A DNA stretch of 64,000 bases from Candidatus Eiseniibacteriota bacterium (GTDB lineage: Bacteria; Eisenbacteria; RBG-16-71-46; CAIMUX01; VGJL01), in the NCBI GenBank assembly GCA_963792585.1, contig CAWBWI010000004.1:266548-330547 (forward strand), read 5' to 3'. The translations under genes were made by a program, and so were the position numbers. The notes below the pieces were generated by a model. The model was not told the DNA's origin. It searched no databases and saw nothing but the letters and a program-made list of their open reading frames with translations. Of this stretch, positions 29,736-39,808 are shown piece after piece (positions within the stretch are counted from its first letter, which is position 1; each line of letters begins with the position of its first letter).

Positions 29736-29957
29736 GGCGGCATCCTCCCCTTCACCCGCGCGGAGTCTAGGCGCAGGGGCCCGATCGATCAACCCGATGT
29801 ACGGCCGGTGCGACGGACGGCCGGCACCCCGCGGGCGGCGCGGGAACGCAACGGGTCGCTGACGGTTGAAAACTCCTGGCGAGCCGATTCGGCCGCCGAT
29901 ATGATGCGGGCGCGTACGGTTTCACAACGAGGACGCAGGCAGGGAGCGACGATTCGG

Positions 29958-31196
29958 ATGACCGAAGCCGGCTTCACGATCCCGCGGGTCGTAGCGATGA
30001 TCCTCGCCGGAGGGCGGGTCAACGAGCTGTCCGTCCTCACCCTCGTCCGGCCGAAATCCGCGATGCCCTTCGCGGGCCACTACCGGATCATCGACTTCGC
30101 CCTTTCGAACCTGATGCACGCGGGCATCAACCACGTCGGGCTCCTTTCCCAGTACCGCCCGGCGAGTCTCATCGACCATGTCCGCGTGGGCGAGAGCTGG
30201 GATTTCGTGGGACTCGAGCGCGGCGCGAAGATCCTGCCCCCCTTCCGCGGGGCGGAGGCATCCGACTGGTACCGCGGCAACGCCGACGCCGTATACCGCA
30301 ACCTGAACTACATCACCGACCACAAGGCCGAGCTGGTGCTGATCCTCTCCGGGGACCACATCTACCGGATGGACTATCGCAAGCTCCTCCGCTACCACAT
30401 CGAGCGCGAGTCCGACTTCACGATCGCCTTCAAGAGGATGGGGAAACGGACGAGCCAGCGGTTCGGCTACGGCACGATCGACGACGACGGACGGGTCACA
30501 TCATACGAAGAGAAGCCGGCCGTCCCCGCATCGGACCTCGCGTCCCTGACGATCTACGTGGCCAACGTGAAGCCGCTGCTCCACATTCTCGAGCAATGCG
30601 TCGGGCTGGAGTCGTACGAGTTCGGGCGCGACGTCATCCCCCGGATGCTGGCCCACCACAAGGTCTTCGGCTACGAGTTCGACGGATACTGGGCTTACGC
30701 TCGGACGATCGACTCCTACTACCAGGCGACCCAGGACCTGATCCTCGGCCGCATCGACATGGACGACTGGCAGGTGCGCACGAACCTGGTCGACGGCGGC
30801 GTAGCCGTCTCGCCCCCGGCGCGCCTCCGCGCGGGCGCGGAGGTCCGCAACAGCCTGATCAGCGCCGGTTGCGATATCGCGGGCACGGTCCGCGGCAGCG
30901 TCCTCTCGCCTGGGGTACGGGTCGAGCAGGGCGCCATCGTGGAGAGTTCGGTCGTGTTTCAGAGGACCGTGATCGGTGCGGGGGCGCACGTCGAACGCAC
31001 GATCTTCGACAAAGATGTCCGGGTCGGCGCCGACAGCCACGTGGGCGGGCCGGCGATGGTGGGATCCGATCCCGCGGGCGGCGCCCCGGGCGACCTGGGC
31101 CTCACCGTCGTGGGAAAGGGCGCGCTGATCGCCGCTCGGTCGATTCTCCCTCCCGGAGAAACGGTCCAGCCGGGCGCGATCTGGGATCGGACATGA
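29958..31196 (+). CDS. glgD: Glucose-1-phosphate adenylyltransferase, GlgD-like subunit
   Basis: GlgC fold (PFAGHYRIIDF, WYRGNADA, LSGDH) but AGGRVNEL in place of AGGxGxRL. Confidence 0.78.
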   Translation: MTEAGFTIPRVVAMILAGGRVNELSVLTLVRPKSAMPFAGHYRIIDFALSNLMHAGINHVGLLSQYRPASLIDHVRVGESWDFVGLERGAKILPPFRGAEASDWYRGNADAVYRNLNYITDHKAELVLILSGDHIYRMDYRKLLRYHIERESDFTIAFKRMGKRTSQRFGYGTIDDDGRVTSYEEKPAVPASDLASLTIYVANVKPLLHILEQCVGLESYEFGRDVIPRMLAHHKVFGYEFDGYWAYARTIDSYYQATQDLILGRIDMDDWQVRTNLVDGGVAVSPPARLRAGAEVRNSLISAGCDIAGTVRGSVLSPGVRVEQGAIVESSVVFQRTVIGAGAHVERTIFDKDVRVGADSHVGGPAMVGSDPAGGAPGDLGLTVVGKGALIAARSILPPGETVQPGAIWDRT

Positions 31197-32497
31197 GCGC
31201 GATCGCACCATCGATCGATATGCGCCGCACCCTCGCCATCTTGCTGGCGGGGGGTGAGGGAAGTCGGCTGAACGTGCTGGTCCACCGGCGGGCGAAGCCG
31301 GCCGTCCCATTCGGCGGGATCTATCGGATCATCGACTTCGCCATGAGCAACGTCATGCACTCGGGCCTCGAGAAGATCGGGATCCTCACCCAGTACATGC
31401 CCTACAGCCTCACGGACCACATCGAGATCGGGCAAAGCTGGGGAATGCTCGGGCGCAGCCGTGAAGTCCGGATTCTCCCCCCGCACACGGGGCAGCGGGC
31501 ATCCGACTGGTATCGCGGGACCGCCGACGCCGTCTACCGCAACATGAGCTACGTCGAGCGCCATCATCCCGCATCGGTCCTGATCCTCTCGGGCGATCAT
31601 GTCTACCGGATGGACTACGCCCGGATGGTCGGCGAGCACTTGAACACGGGCGCCGACGTCACGATCGCCGTGCGCGAGGTTCCGATCGAGGAGGCGCACC
31701 AGTTCGGCACCGTCCTGACCGATGCCACGGGGCGAATCACCGGCTTCGAGGAGAAGCCGGAGCATCCCCGATCGAACCTGATCTCGATGGGAATCTACGT
31801 CTTCGCCCGCAAGACACTGTGCGACGAACTCGAGGAGGTGGTCGCCCATCAAGGTCTCTCCGACTTCGGAAAGCACATCTTCCCTCACATGCTCGCCGCC
31901 GGGTGCCATCTCCAGGCCTTCCGTTTCGCCGGGTACTGGCAGGACGTCGGCACGATTCGCGCGTACTTCGATGCGCATATGGAGATGTTGCGCTCCAACG
32001 GCCCGATCGATCTCGCGGCCTGGGACGTTCGCACCAACTGGGACGAAGGGCGCCCGGGCGATCGCCCTCCGGCGCAGTTCGCGCCGAGCGCGCACATGGA
32101 GTCCTCGATCGTCGGCGACGGTTGCCGGATCGCCGGGGAGGTGCGGGACAGCATCCTCTCCCCCGGTGTCGTCGTCGAGCAGGGGGCCACGGTCGAGCGA
32201 TCGATTCTGATGCACGACGTCTGGATCGGGCCCGGCGCGCGGGTCCGCGAGGCGATCCTCGACAAAGGGGCCTCGGTCGGCGAGGCCGCCGTCGTGGGGG
32301 GCGTGGGCGCGATGGTCCCCAACCGGAGATACCCGACCCATGTCGACGGGGGGCACGTGCTGATCGGCAAGAGGGCCCGCGTCCCCGCCGGAGCGACCGT
32401 CGAGCGCAACGCGATCCTCTTTCCCTTCGTGACCGTGCCCCGGGGAGATCAAGCGCACGTCTTGGCGGGAGAGACGATCGGCGACATGGATCACTGA
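31193..32497 (+). CDS. glgC: Glucose-1-phosphate adenylyltransferase
   Basis: LAGGEGSRL..RAKPAVPFGG, WYRGTADA, FEEKP, YWQDVGT; ATGA overlap with upstream gene. Confidence 0.93.
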   Translation: MSAIAPSIDMRRTLAILLAGGEGSRLNVLVHRRAKPAVPFGGIYRIIDFAMSNVMHSGLEKIGILTQYMPYSLTDHIEIGQSWGMLGRSREVRILPPHTGQRASDWYRGTADAVYRNMSYVERHHPASVLILSGDHVYRMDYARMVGEHLNTGADVTIAVREVPIEEAHQFGTVLTDATGRITGFEEKPEHPRSNLISMGIYVFARKTLCDELEEVVAHQGLSDFGKHIFPHMLAAGCHLQAFRFAGYWQDVGTIRAYFDAHMEMLRSNGPIDLAAWDVRTNWDEGRPGDRPPAQFAPSAHMESSIVGDGCRIAGEVRDSILSPGVVVEQGATVERSILMHDVWIGPGARVREAILDKGASVGEAAVVGGVGAMVPNRRYPTHVDGGHVLIGKRARVPAGATVERNAILFPFVTVPRGDQAHVLAGETIGDMDH

Positions 32498-32586
32498 CCG
32501 TCTGGACGCGAAGCCCCGCGCCGCCCCTCTTCCCTGCAACCCCCACCTTCGCTAGTCTTCCCCCTTCCCGAGGAATGGAGGATCCC

Positions 32587-33462
32587 ATGAACTGGCCCGC
32601 CATAAGCGCGATTGCGACCGTCGTCTCGATGCTCGCCTTCGTCGCCACCGCCTTCTTCGTCTGGCTCGAACTCCGATCGTTCGGCAAGAGCCGTTACCTG
32701 CAGGTATCGAGCGAGCTGTTCTCGGTGTGGCAGGGGCGGGACTTCATGCAGGCGCAACTATGGCTGATCCACACGCTCGAGGAGACCTCCTGGGAGGATT
32801 TCATCGCGGCCCACCGCGCTGACTATGGCGAGCAGTCGTTCCACAGGGTCGGCTCTTTCTATGATCGCGTCGGCACGTTGGTCCGCCTCGGCCTGATCGA
32901 GGACAAGGAGATCCTCTCCACGATGGGGCCCTATGCGATCGCCGTCTGGAACAAGATCCGGCCGCTCGTCGAGGAAGCCCGCCGGCTCGAGAACTCGATC
33001 CTCTTCGACGACTTCGAGCGGCTCCTCCCGGCCTGCTACGAGTGCTACGTGCCCAACCTCAGGCTCGGAGAGGCGCGCACGCACTTCGCCCCCGAGGCGG
33101 CGAAGATTTCCGTGCGGGATCTTCGCAAGCGGATCGCGGAGGTGACCCTACTCGACGTGCGGCGTACCGCCGCGAGCGGCGAGGAGCCGGATCAGATACC
33201 GGGCGCGATCGTCGTCCACCCGGATCGGATCGAGTCGCGGCTCGACGAGATCCCCCACGATCGGGACGTGGTCGTCTACTGTTCCTGACCGGATGAGGCG
33301 ACGAGCGCCCGGGTGGCGCTCTTCATGACGGAGCGGGGATTCAAGGCGGCCGCGTTGATCGGCGGGATCGCGGCGTGGAGGGCGGCGGGTCACCCGGTCG
33401 AACGTCTCCTGCCCGCTTCCGGCGACAAGGTCACCGACCCACGCGCCCGCACGACAACCTAG
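32587..33462 (+). CDS. Membrane-anchored DUF4760-like domain fused to a rhodanese domain with probable selenocysteine (UGA at 33286-33288)
   Basis: VVVYCS-TGA-PDEATSARVALFMTERGFKAAALIGGIAAWRAAGHPVE continues in frame and completes the rhodanese fold. Confidence 0.82.
33292..33327 (+). promoter_or_regulatory. Candidate bacterial SECIS hairpin
   Basis: GAGCGCC-CGGGT-GGCGCTC stem-loop (33303-33321) starting 15 nt after the UGA; possible lower stem ATGAGG/CTTCAT. Confidence 0.65.
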
Positions 33463-33478
33463 TTCAGGGCGCGCCCAC

Positions 33479-36193
33479 TCAGTTCACGCGCACGACCTGC
33501 ACGGTCCGCGTCTCGGCCGGAGTGCGCAGCCGAACCCAGTAGTGCCCGTTGGGCACGGGGCGGCCCGACGCATCCCGGCCATCCCACTCGATATCCCTCC
33601 AGCCCGAGGCCGAGGGAACCACTTCGAGATTGCGCAGAAGTCGCCCCTGCGGGTCGTAGACCGCAAGGGAGGATGTAGCCGCCGGGGGCGCCGCGTAGCG
33701 GATTCGGATCGATCCCTTCATCGGATTCGGACCGACCGACAGGAGCGCCGCGGGGGGAGGCGCGACTGAGCTGTCGCCGACGCTGAAGGTCAGCATGTCG
33801 CTGAAGAGCCCACGCTGGGCCGGATCGGCCGCGAACGCCCTCCAGGAGTAGGTCCCCGGATCGAGGAACGACAATACCTCCCAGGACGTGAGACCTGCGC
33901 CCGCGGGAATCCCATCGGCGGAGGCGACGACGCGGGTTGGATCGTTGTCCTCGAAGACGCGGAATCCATAGGTGAGAGGATCCCCCTCCGCGTCGCCCAC
34001 GTTCTCCACGACCAGTACGGGCCTCGCCGGCAGGTCCCCAGCGCCGTCGAGGGGCGTCATCGGCGCGGGCGCCGGGGGCGCTTGATTCGCAATGTCTCGG
34101 GGCACGATTCGCACATCGTCGATCCCGCCTTCGATCAGATCCCCGTCGGTGAGCCCGTCCGCCACCTGGATCCTCATGCAGACGCGGTCCGTCAGCTCGA
34201 TCACGCTTCCCAGATCGATCGCCAGCGTGCGCCAGGACCCGGCGGTCGCCTGATCTCCGATCGCGACGAGGTTCCCCCACGTCTCCCCACCGTCGGAGGA
34301 GATGTCGATGCGGAAGAAGTCCCCGTCCGGGTCGTCCCCGCCATCCCGCTGGCCGTGGAAGTAGTTCATCGTGAGGTGCGCGCCACCCGCGTTGGACAGG
34401 TCGATGAGCGGCGAGCGCGCGGCGGCGATCCCGCCGTCCACATCCCCGTCGCCGTCGCTCGTGTTCTGGCCCGTCACCCACGCGCTCACTCCGGGCGCCG
34501 GCGTCGTATCTCCGCCCGGTTGGAAGGCGCTCGGATTCGGATCGATCCTCTCGAAGAACCCGGCCGATGCGGTGGTGGAAGGATCGGGGTCCCAGGCGCT
34601 CCCGGCGATCTCGAAATCATCCGCGTAGATCGCGGAGGATTCCCCGATGCCGAGCTCGAGCGGCGTTTCGATGCGCAGGCCGCCCTCGCTGGTGATGGTG
34701 AGGGTGAACGGCGACCGCCGGCCCCGCGGGCATCCGTCTTCCACGCGGAACGCCAGCGGCGCGGACTCGAGGGTGGCGGTCTCTCCGGGGCCGATCGAAC
34801 CGATCTCCGCCGAGGCGTGGATCATCTCCACGTATGGATCATCGCAGCGCAACCGCACGGCGACCCCCCGGGCCGCCGCGAGCACACCCTCGTTGCGGAG
34901 AACCGGCGCGAGCGTGCAGCTCTCTCCCGGCTCGATCTGCCGATCGCCGTCGTCATCGTTGACCACGATGTCGTCCGCGCGCAGGGCGGGCCCCGCGATC
35001 TGCGCCAGATAGAGCATCGAGGGGAGGTTCTCCTGGATCAGCTCGTCCTTCTCGGAGGGGTCGGGCCAGAATCCCGTCCCGCCGATCTCGGTCGTGAAGG
35101 AGTAGACGGCGGGCCGCTCTGTCGTCTGCCCGTAGGTCCAGTCGATGAAGTCGCCGCTGGTCGAGTAGAGCAGTTCCGGGCACTGTCCGGTCCGGTACCC
35201 GCTCGCCCGCGCCATCTCCCTCACGATGAGACGGAGGATCGCGTCATCCGGTGTGGGGGCCTCCGTATAGCACCAAGGCAAGAGGACCATCCCGGCGACC
35301 GAGTGGAACGAGTTGTGCGTGACGAACCGGTGCGTGTCGACGAAAGCCATCATCGCCTGTGTCTCCGGCTCGCTTCCGGCAGCGGGACCGCGGTAGTCCT
35401 CGGCACAGGGCGCGCCTGAGGAGCCGTCGTCTCGCCCCCATTGGAACGGGTAGTTCCGGTTGATGTCCACGCCGAAGCAGGGGCCACCGGTGGGCCTGCG
35501 GTTCTTCCGCCACATGCCGCCGCCGCCGGGCGCGATCACCTCGTTGTAGGCGAACCCATCCGGGTTGACGATCGGCGCGAGATAGACCTGGCGGTGTTCG
35601 ACGATGTCGCGGACCACGGGATCGCCCGGGTAGTGGTCGCACAGGTAGTTCGCGAATGCGAGGAGCAGTTCCACGCTCATGATCTCGCGCGCGTGGTGAA
35701 CGCTATCGAAGAGGACCTCCGGTTCGTCCTCGAGCGAGTCGGGGTTGTCGGAGATCCGCACGACCCAGAGATCGCGTCCCTCCTGCGATTGGCCGATCGA
35801 GAACGGGGCGCTCACGATGCCCGGGTGATCCGCACGCAGGCGGGTGAGTTCCGTAACGACCTCGTCATAGGTGTGCCACACCCCGGGGACGCCGAGCGCC
35901 TTCTGCCGGGCGGAGTAGAAGGACTGCAGGTCCTCGTGCAGGACGTCGACGCGGAAGCCGCGGGCGATCAGATCTCGGGTCCTCGAGGGTCTCGAGAGCA
36001 GGCGGACGTCCCCATCGCCAAGACCCATCACCTCGAGATCCGGGATCTCCCGCAGGTCGGTGAGGGATCTTTCGGGGCTCAACGAAACGCGGATCTCCTG
36101 AAATGCTTCATCCGGCGAGACGCCGGCGGCGGGCGCGGCGAAGACCAGGCAAAGGAGCATGGCACTCAGGGCACCGCGCATCAAGCGCATCAA
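33479..36193 (-). CDS. M14 zinc carboxypeptidase (carboxypeptidase T-like) with accessory domains and FlgD-Ig CTD
   Basis: HHARE, WRKNR, GVDINRNY, SEPE, FHS, FTTEIG. Confidence 0.93.
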   Translation of the reverse strand: MMRLMRGALSAMLLCLVFAAPAAGVSPDEAFQEIRVSLSPERSLTDLREIPDLEVMGLGDGDVRLLSRPSRTRDLIARGFRVDVLHEDLQSFYSARQKALGVPGVWHTYDEVVTELTRLRADHPGIVSAPFSIGQSQEGRDLWVVRISDNPDSLEDEPEVLFDSVHHAREIMSVELLLAFANYLCDHYPGDPVVRDIVEHRQVYLAPIVNPDGFAYNEVIAPGGGGMWRKNRRPTGGPCFGVDINRNYPFQWGRDDGSSGAPCAEDYRGPAAGSEPETQAMMAFVDTHRFVTHNSFHSVAGMVLLPWCYTEAPTPDDAILRLIVREMARASGYRTGQCPELLYSTSGDFIDWTYGQTTERPAVYSFTTEIGGTGFWPDPSEKDELIQENLPSMLYLAQIAGPALRADDIVVNDDDGDRQIEPGESCTLAPVLRNEGVLAAARGVAVRLRCDDPYVEMIHASAEIGSIGPGETATLESAPLAFRVEDGCPRGRRSPFTLTITSEGGLRIETPLELGIGESSAIYADDFEIAGSAWDPDPSTTASAGFFERIDPNPSAFQPGGDTTPAPGVSAWVTGQNTSDGDGDVDGGIAAARSPLIDLSNAGGAHLTMNYFHGQRDGGDDPDGDFFRIDISSDGGETWGNLVAIGDQATAGSWRTLAIDLGSVIELTDRVCMRIQVADGLTDGDLIEGGIDDVRIVPRDIANQAPPAPAPMTPLDGAGDLPARPVLVVENVGDAEGDPLTYGFRVFEDNDPTRVVASADGIPAGAGLTSWEVLSFLDPGTYSWRAFAADPAQRGLFSDMLTFSVGDSSVAPPPAALLSVGPNPMKGSIRIRYAAPPAATSSLAVYDPQGRLLRNLEVVPSASGWRDIEWDGRDASGRPVPNGHYWVRLRTPAETRTVQVVRVN

Positions 36194-36339
36194 GACCTCT
36201 CTCTAACCCCGGCCGCCTCGGACCCCGGCCGAAGCTGGTGAGAGCGTACCGGCTCCGCGGAGGGCCCACAAGCGGAGCGGCCGCGGGGAGCCCGAAGGCT
36301 TCCCGCGGCCGCTCGAGGCGAAGGATCCGGTCGCGCGGC

Positions 36340-39052
36340 CTAGTCGATGTGAACGACCCGAATCGTCCGGGTCTCTCCGGGCGTCCAGAGGCGGACCCAG
36401 TAGCTGCCGCTCGAAACGGAGCGTCCCGCATCGTCCTTGCCGTCCCAGAGAATCTCGTGCCAGCCGCTGGCGGAGGGCACGGTCTTCAGGCTGCGGACGA
36501 GCCTCCCCTGAGGATCGTAGATCGCGAGGCTGCTCGTGGGGGTCGCCGGCAGCATGTAGCGGATCAGGGTGCCCGCCTGCGTTGGGTTCGGCTCGGCGTG
36601 GAGGGACGTCAGGCCGCCGGCGGACAGATCGCCCGCATCGCCCACGGTGGTGACCGTGAAGCGTGAGGTCGTGGAGAAGACGCTTCGTTGGTTCGCGTCT
36701 GCGGCGAACGCGCGCCAGTAGTAGGTGCCCAGCCCGATGGCGGGCGTCTGCCAGCTCGTGGTCGTCGCACCCGGCGCGACATCATTGACCGATGCCACGA
36801 GGATGGTCAGGTCCGCATCGCTGTAGACCCGGAACCCGTAGGTGAGCGGATCTCCCTCGGGATCGGTGGCGTTGGCGACGGTGAGGGTGACCGGCGAACC
36901 GACGTTCCCCCCGTTGGGCGGGGAGAGAAGCGTCGGCGCGTTCGGCGCCAGATTGCCAGAACCCCCGTCGTAGAGGTAGAAGTCGTCGATTCCACCCTCG
37001 ACGATGTCGTTCAGGGGCGCCGCGTCCGCCGCCTGAACTCGGAACCGGACCTGATTGCTCAGCGTGATGTAGTCGGATACGTCGACCGTCAGGTTCCGCC
37101 AGGTCCCGACAACGGCAACATCGCCCATCGTCAGCAGGTTCACCCACGAAGCGCCCGCGTCCGGGGAGATATCGATCTTGAAGAAGTCGCCCGTGGGATC
37201 GTCGCCGGTGTCGCGCTGGCCGTGAAAGTAGTTCACCGACAGCCGCACGCTCGCATACCCCGAGAGATCGAAGTCCGGGGAGCGCGTGGCGGCGGTTCCG
37301 CTGTCCACGTCATCCGTCCCCTCGACGCCGTTCGGATTCTGCGCCGTGATCCAAGCGTTCACGCCCGGCGCCGGGGTGGTGTCATCGCCCGGCTGATAGA
37401 GCGGCGTGGCGACCGGGTCGACCCGCACGAAGGCGCCGGTGGTCGCGGTGTGCGTCGCGTCCTGCGTCCATTCCGTTCCCGTGCCCTCGAACGTGTTCGC
37501 CGCGATGGCAGGGAGTTCCCCGATCGTGATCAGGAAGGGGACCTCGATGTGCACGCCGCCGGCGGCATCGGCCACGACGGTGAAGGTCGCCTGGCGCCCC
37601 GGAGGGCAACCCGCGTCGGCGGTCACGTTGAACGGGTCGAGCGTGTTCGTCCAGGTCTGTCCCGCGCCCAGGATGCCGACCACGTTCGAGGCATCGTTGA
37701 GGGCGATGTACGGGTCATTGCACCGCAGATGGATGGAGAGGTTGGTCAGGGCGGAAAGCACGCCGTCGTTCTTCAGCGTGGCCAGGAGATCGACCGTCTC
37801 GCCGGGTTCGATCTTGCCGTTCCCGTTGCCGCCCGACACCACGAGGCTCTGCACGGTCACCGACGGCCCGGCCACCTGGGCGAGGTAGATGATCGAGTGC
37901 ATGTTCTCCGCGATCAGACCATCACGCTCTGCGGGCTGCGGCCAGAAGTCGCTCCCCCCGATCTCGCTGGAGAAGTCGAAGCACTTGGGCTTCAGGGTTT
38001 GCTCGCCGTACCACCAGTCGAGCGATCCGCCGTTGACGGCGTACAGGAGTCTCCTCCGGCTGCCCGACGGCGTACCCGTTGGCGCTGGCCCGCTCATGGG
38101 CGATGGCGCGGAGGGTGGCGTCGTCGGCCGTATGGGCGGTCGTGTAACCCCATGGGATCAAGACCATGCCCGCCACCGAGTGCCACGAGTCGTGGGTCAC
38201 GAAGCTATGGGCAAGGCCGAGGTTCATGAGGGCCTGGTTTTCGGGCTCGCTGCCCGCAGACGGGCCGCGGTAGGTGTCATCGCACGGGTTGGTCGAGGAT
38301 CCGCCGCCGACCCACTCGTACGGGTAGTTCCGGTTGTTGTCGACGCCGTAGCAGCCGCCGTTGTTGCGGCGGTTCTTCCGCCACATCCCGCCGCCGTTCG
38401 GGTTGGTCACCTCGTTGTATACGAAGCCGTCGATGTTCACGAGCGGGACGAACCAGATCTGCCGGTTGTCGACGAGGAAGGTCGCCACCGGGTCGGTCCC
38501 GTAGTTCTCGCAGAGATAGCGCATGAAATAGAGGTTCAACTCAACCGTCATGATCTCGCGGGCGTGATGCATGGCATCGTTGAGGACCTCGGGTTCGTCT
38601 TCCTGAACGTTGGGGTTGTCGGAGATCTTCATCGCCCAGATGTCGCGGTTCTCGCCGGTGCGTCCGAGCGAGACCGGGGCGGTCGTGAGGTTCGGGTACT
38701 GCGAGTGCAGCAGATTCATCTCGGCCACTGTCTCCGCATAGGTGTGCCAAATCCCGTAGTCGAGGACCGCCATCTGCCGCGATGCGTAGAACGCCTCGAG
38801 GTCGGAATGGATGATGTCGACCTTCCAACCATTGCGGATCAGCTCGCTCGTCAGAGACGGACGCGAGAGGAACACGGCGTCCCCGTCCCCAAGTCCCATC
38901 ACCTCGAGATCCGGGTGAATGAAGAGCTTGGACAGATCGGCATTTGCCGGCAGGTAGACCCGGATCTGCTCATACGGCTCGTCCGCGGCCAGGGCCGGAA
39001 TCGCGCCGGCCAAGAGGACCACGCCGAGGAGCAACCCCAAGAAGTTACGCAT
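36340..39052 (-). CDS. Tandem paralogous M14 carboxypeptidase with FlgD-Ig CTD; frameshift near 38050
   Basis: ORFs 37922-39079 and 36340-38097 together are colinear with 33479-36193. Confidence 0.9.
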
Positions 39053-39211
39053 CGTTCCCTCCAGAGATGATGCCGCCAAGATTGAAAAGACCCTTATATA
39101 CTTTACAGGATTCGAGATAGAGGATCAAGGAGGACTCGGGGGCACATCTCGGACGGCGTTGCGCGAGGAGCCGGGACCACCTTAGCTAATGGCTCGATCG
39201 GGGGGCGGGGT

Positions 39212-39583
39212 TCAGGGTCCCGCGCGACGGGTGCGGGGCAGACGTGGTCTCCATTGGTAGCGGGTGAGGTCCAATCGTCCGGGCGACAGAAACCGGACAC
39301 CCTCCCGCTCGAGCAGCACCTGTTGGATCATCTCTTCCCCGGTAACGATCGCGGTCGCGCGGGTCGAGATCTCCCCCTTGGCATTGATCACGCGGTGCCA
39401 CGGGACGTTGACTCCCTCGGGCAGGCTGTGGAGGGCATAGCCTACGAGCCGAGGCTGCCCCGGACGCCCGGCGAGCATGGCGACCTGGCCATAGGTGGCG
39501 ACACGCCCACGAGGGATCCTGCGGACCGTCTCCCAGATCCGCTGGTAGAGGGGCGAATAGGCGCGCGGCCGGGGTCGCTCCAT
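39212..39583 (-). CDS. atl: Alkyltransferase-like protein (ATL/YbaZ, MGMT family)
   Basis: IPRGRVATYGQVA and PWHRV (Trp in place of the catalytic Cys). Confidence 0.9.
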   Translation of the reverse strand: MERPRPRAYSPLYQRIWETVRRIPRGRVATYGQVAMLAGRPGQPRLVGYALHSLPEGVNVPWHRVINAKGEISTRATAIVTGEEMIQQVLLEREGVRFLSPGRLDLTRYQWRPRLPRTRRAGP

Positions 39584-39650
39584 TCCTGGAATCCCCTTCG
39601 AACAACGATGCCCCGCAACCTAATCCGTTGCGAGGCAACCCGTTGATACA

Positions 39651-39728
39651 TGGCGGGGTCGACGGGGCTCGAACCCGCGACCTCCGGCTTGACAGGCCGG
39701 CGTTCTAACCAAACTGAACTACGACCCC
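39651..39728 (-). tRNA. tRNA-Asp(GTC)
   Basis: GGGGTCG acceptor stem, CCGGC-CTGTCAA-GCCGG anticodon arm, GGTTCGAG T-loop, encoded CCA. Confidence 0.97.
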
Positions 39729-39808
39729 GCGAAAAACGGTAGGGCCGACCGATCGGCCGGCACGAAGACTGAGGCTATCGAACGGGCCGTCGGGCTGTCA
39801 ACGGACAT

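Noticed and set aside
39610..39650. Island integration at tRNA-Asp
   Set aside because: A small hairpin (CGCAAC...GTTGCG) follows the tRNA, but no integrase or duplicated tRNA 3' end was seen.
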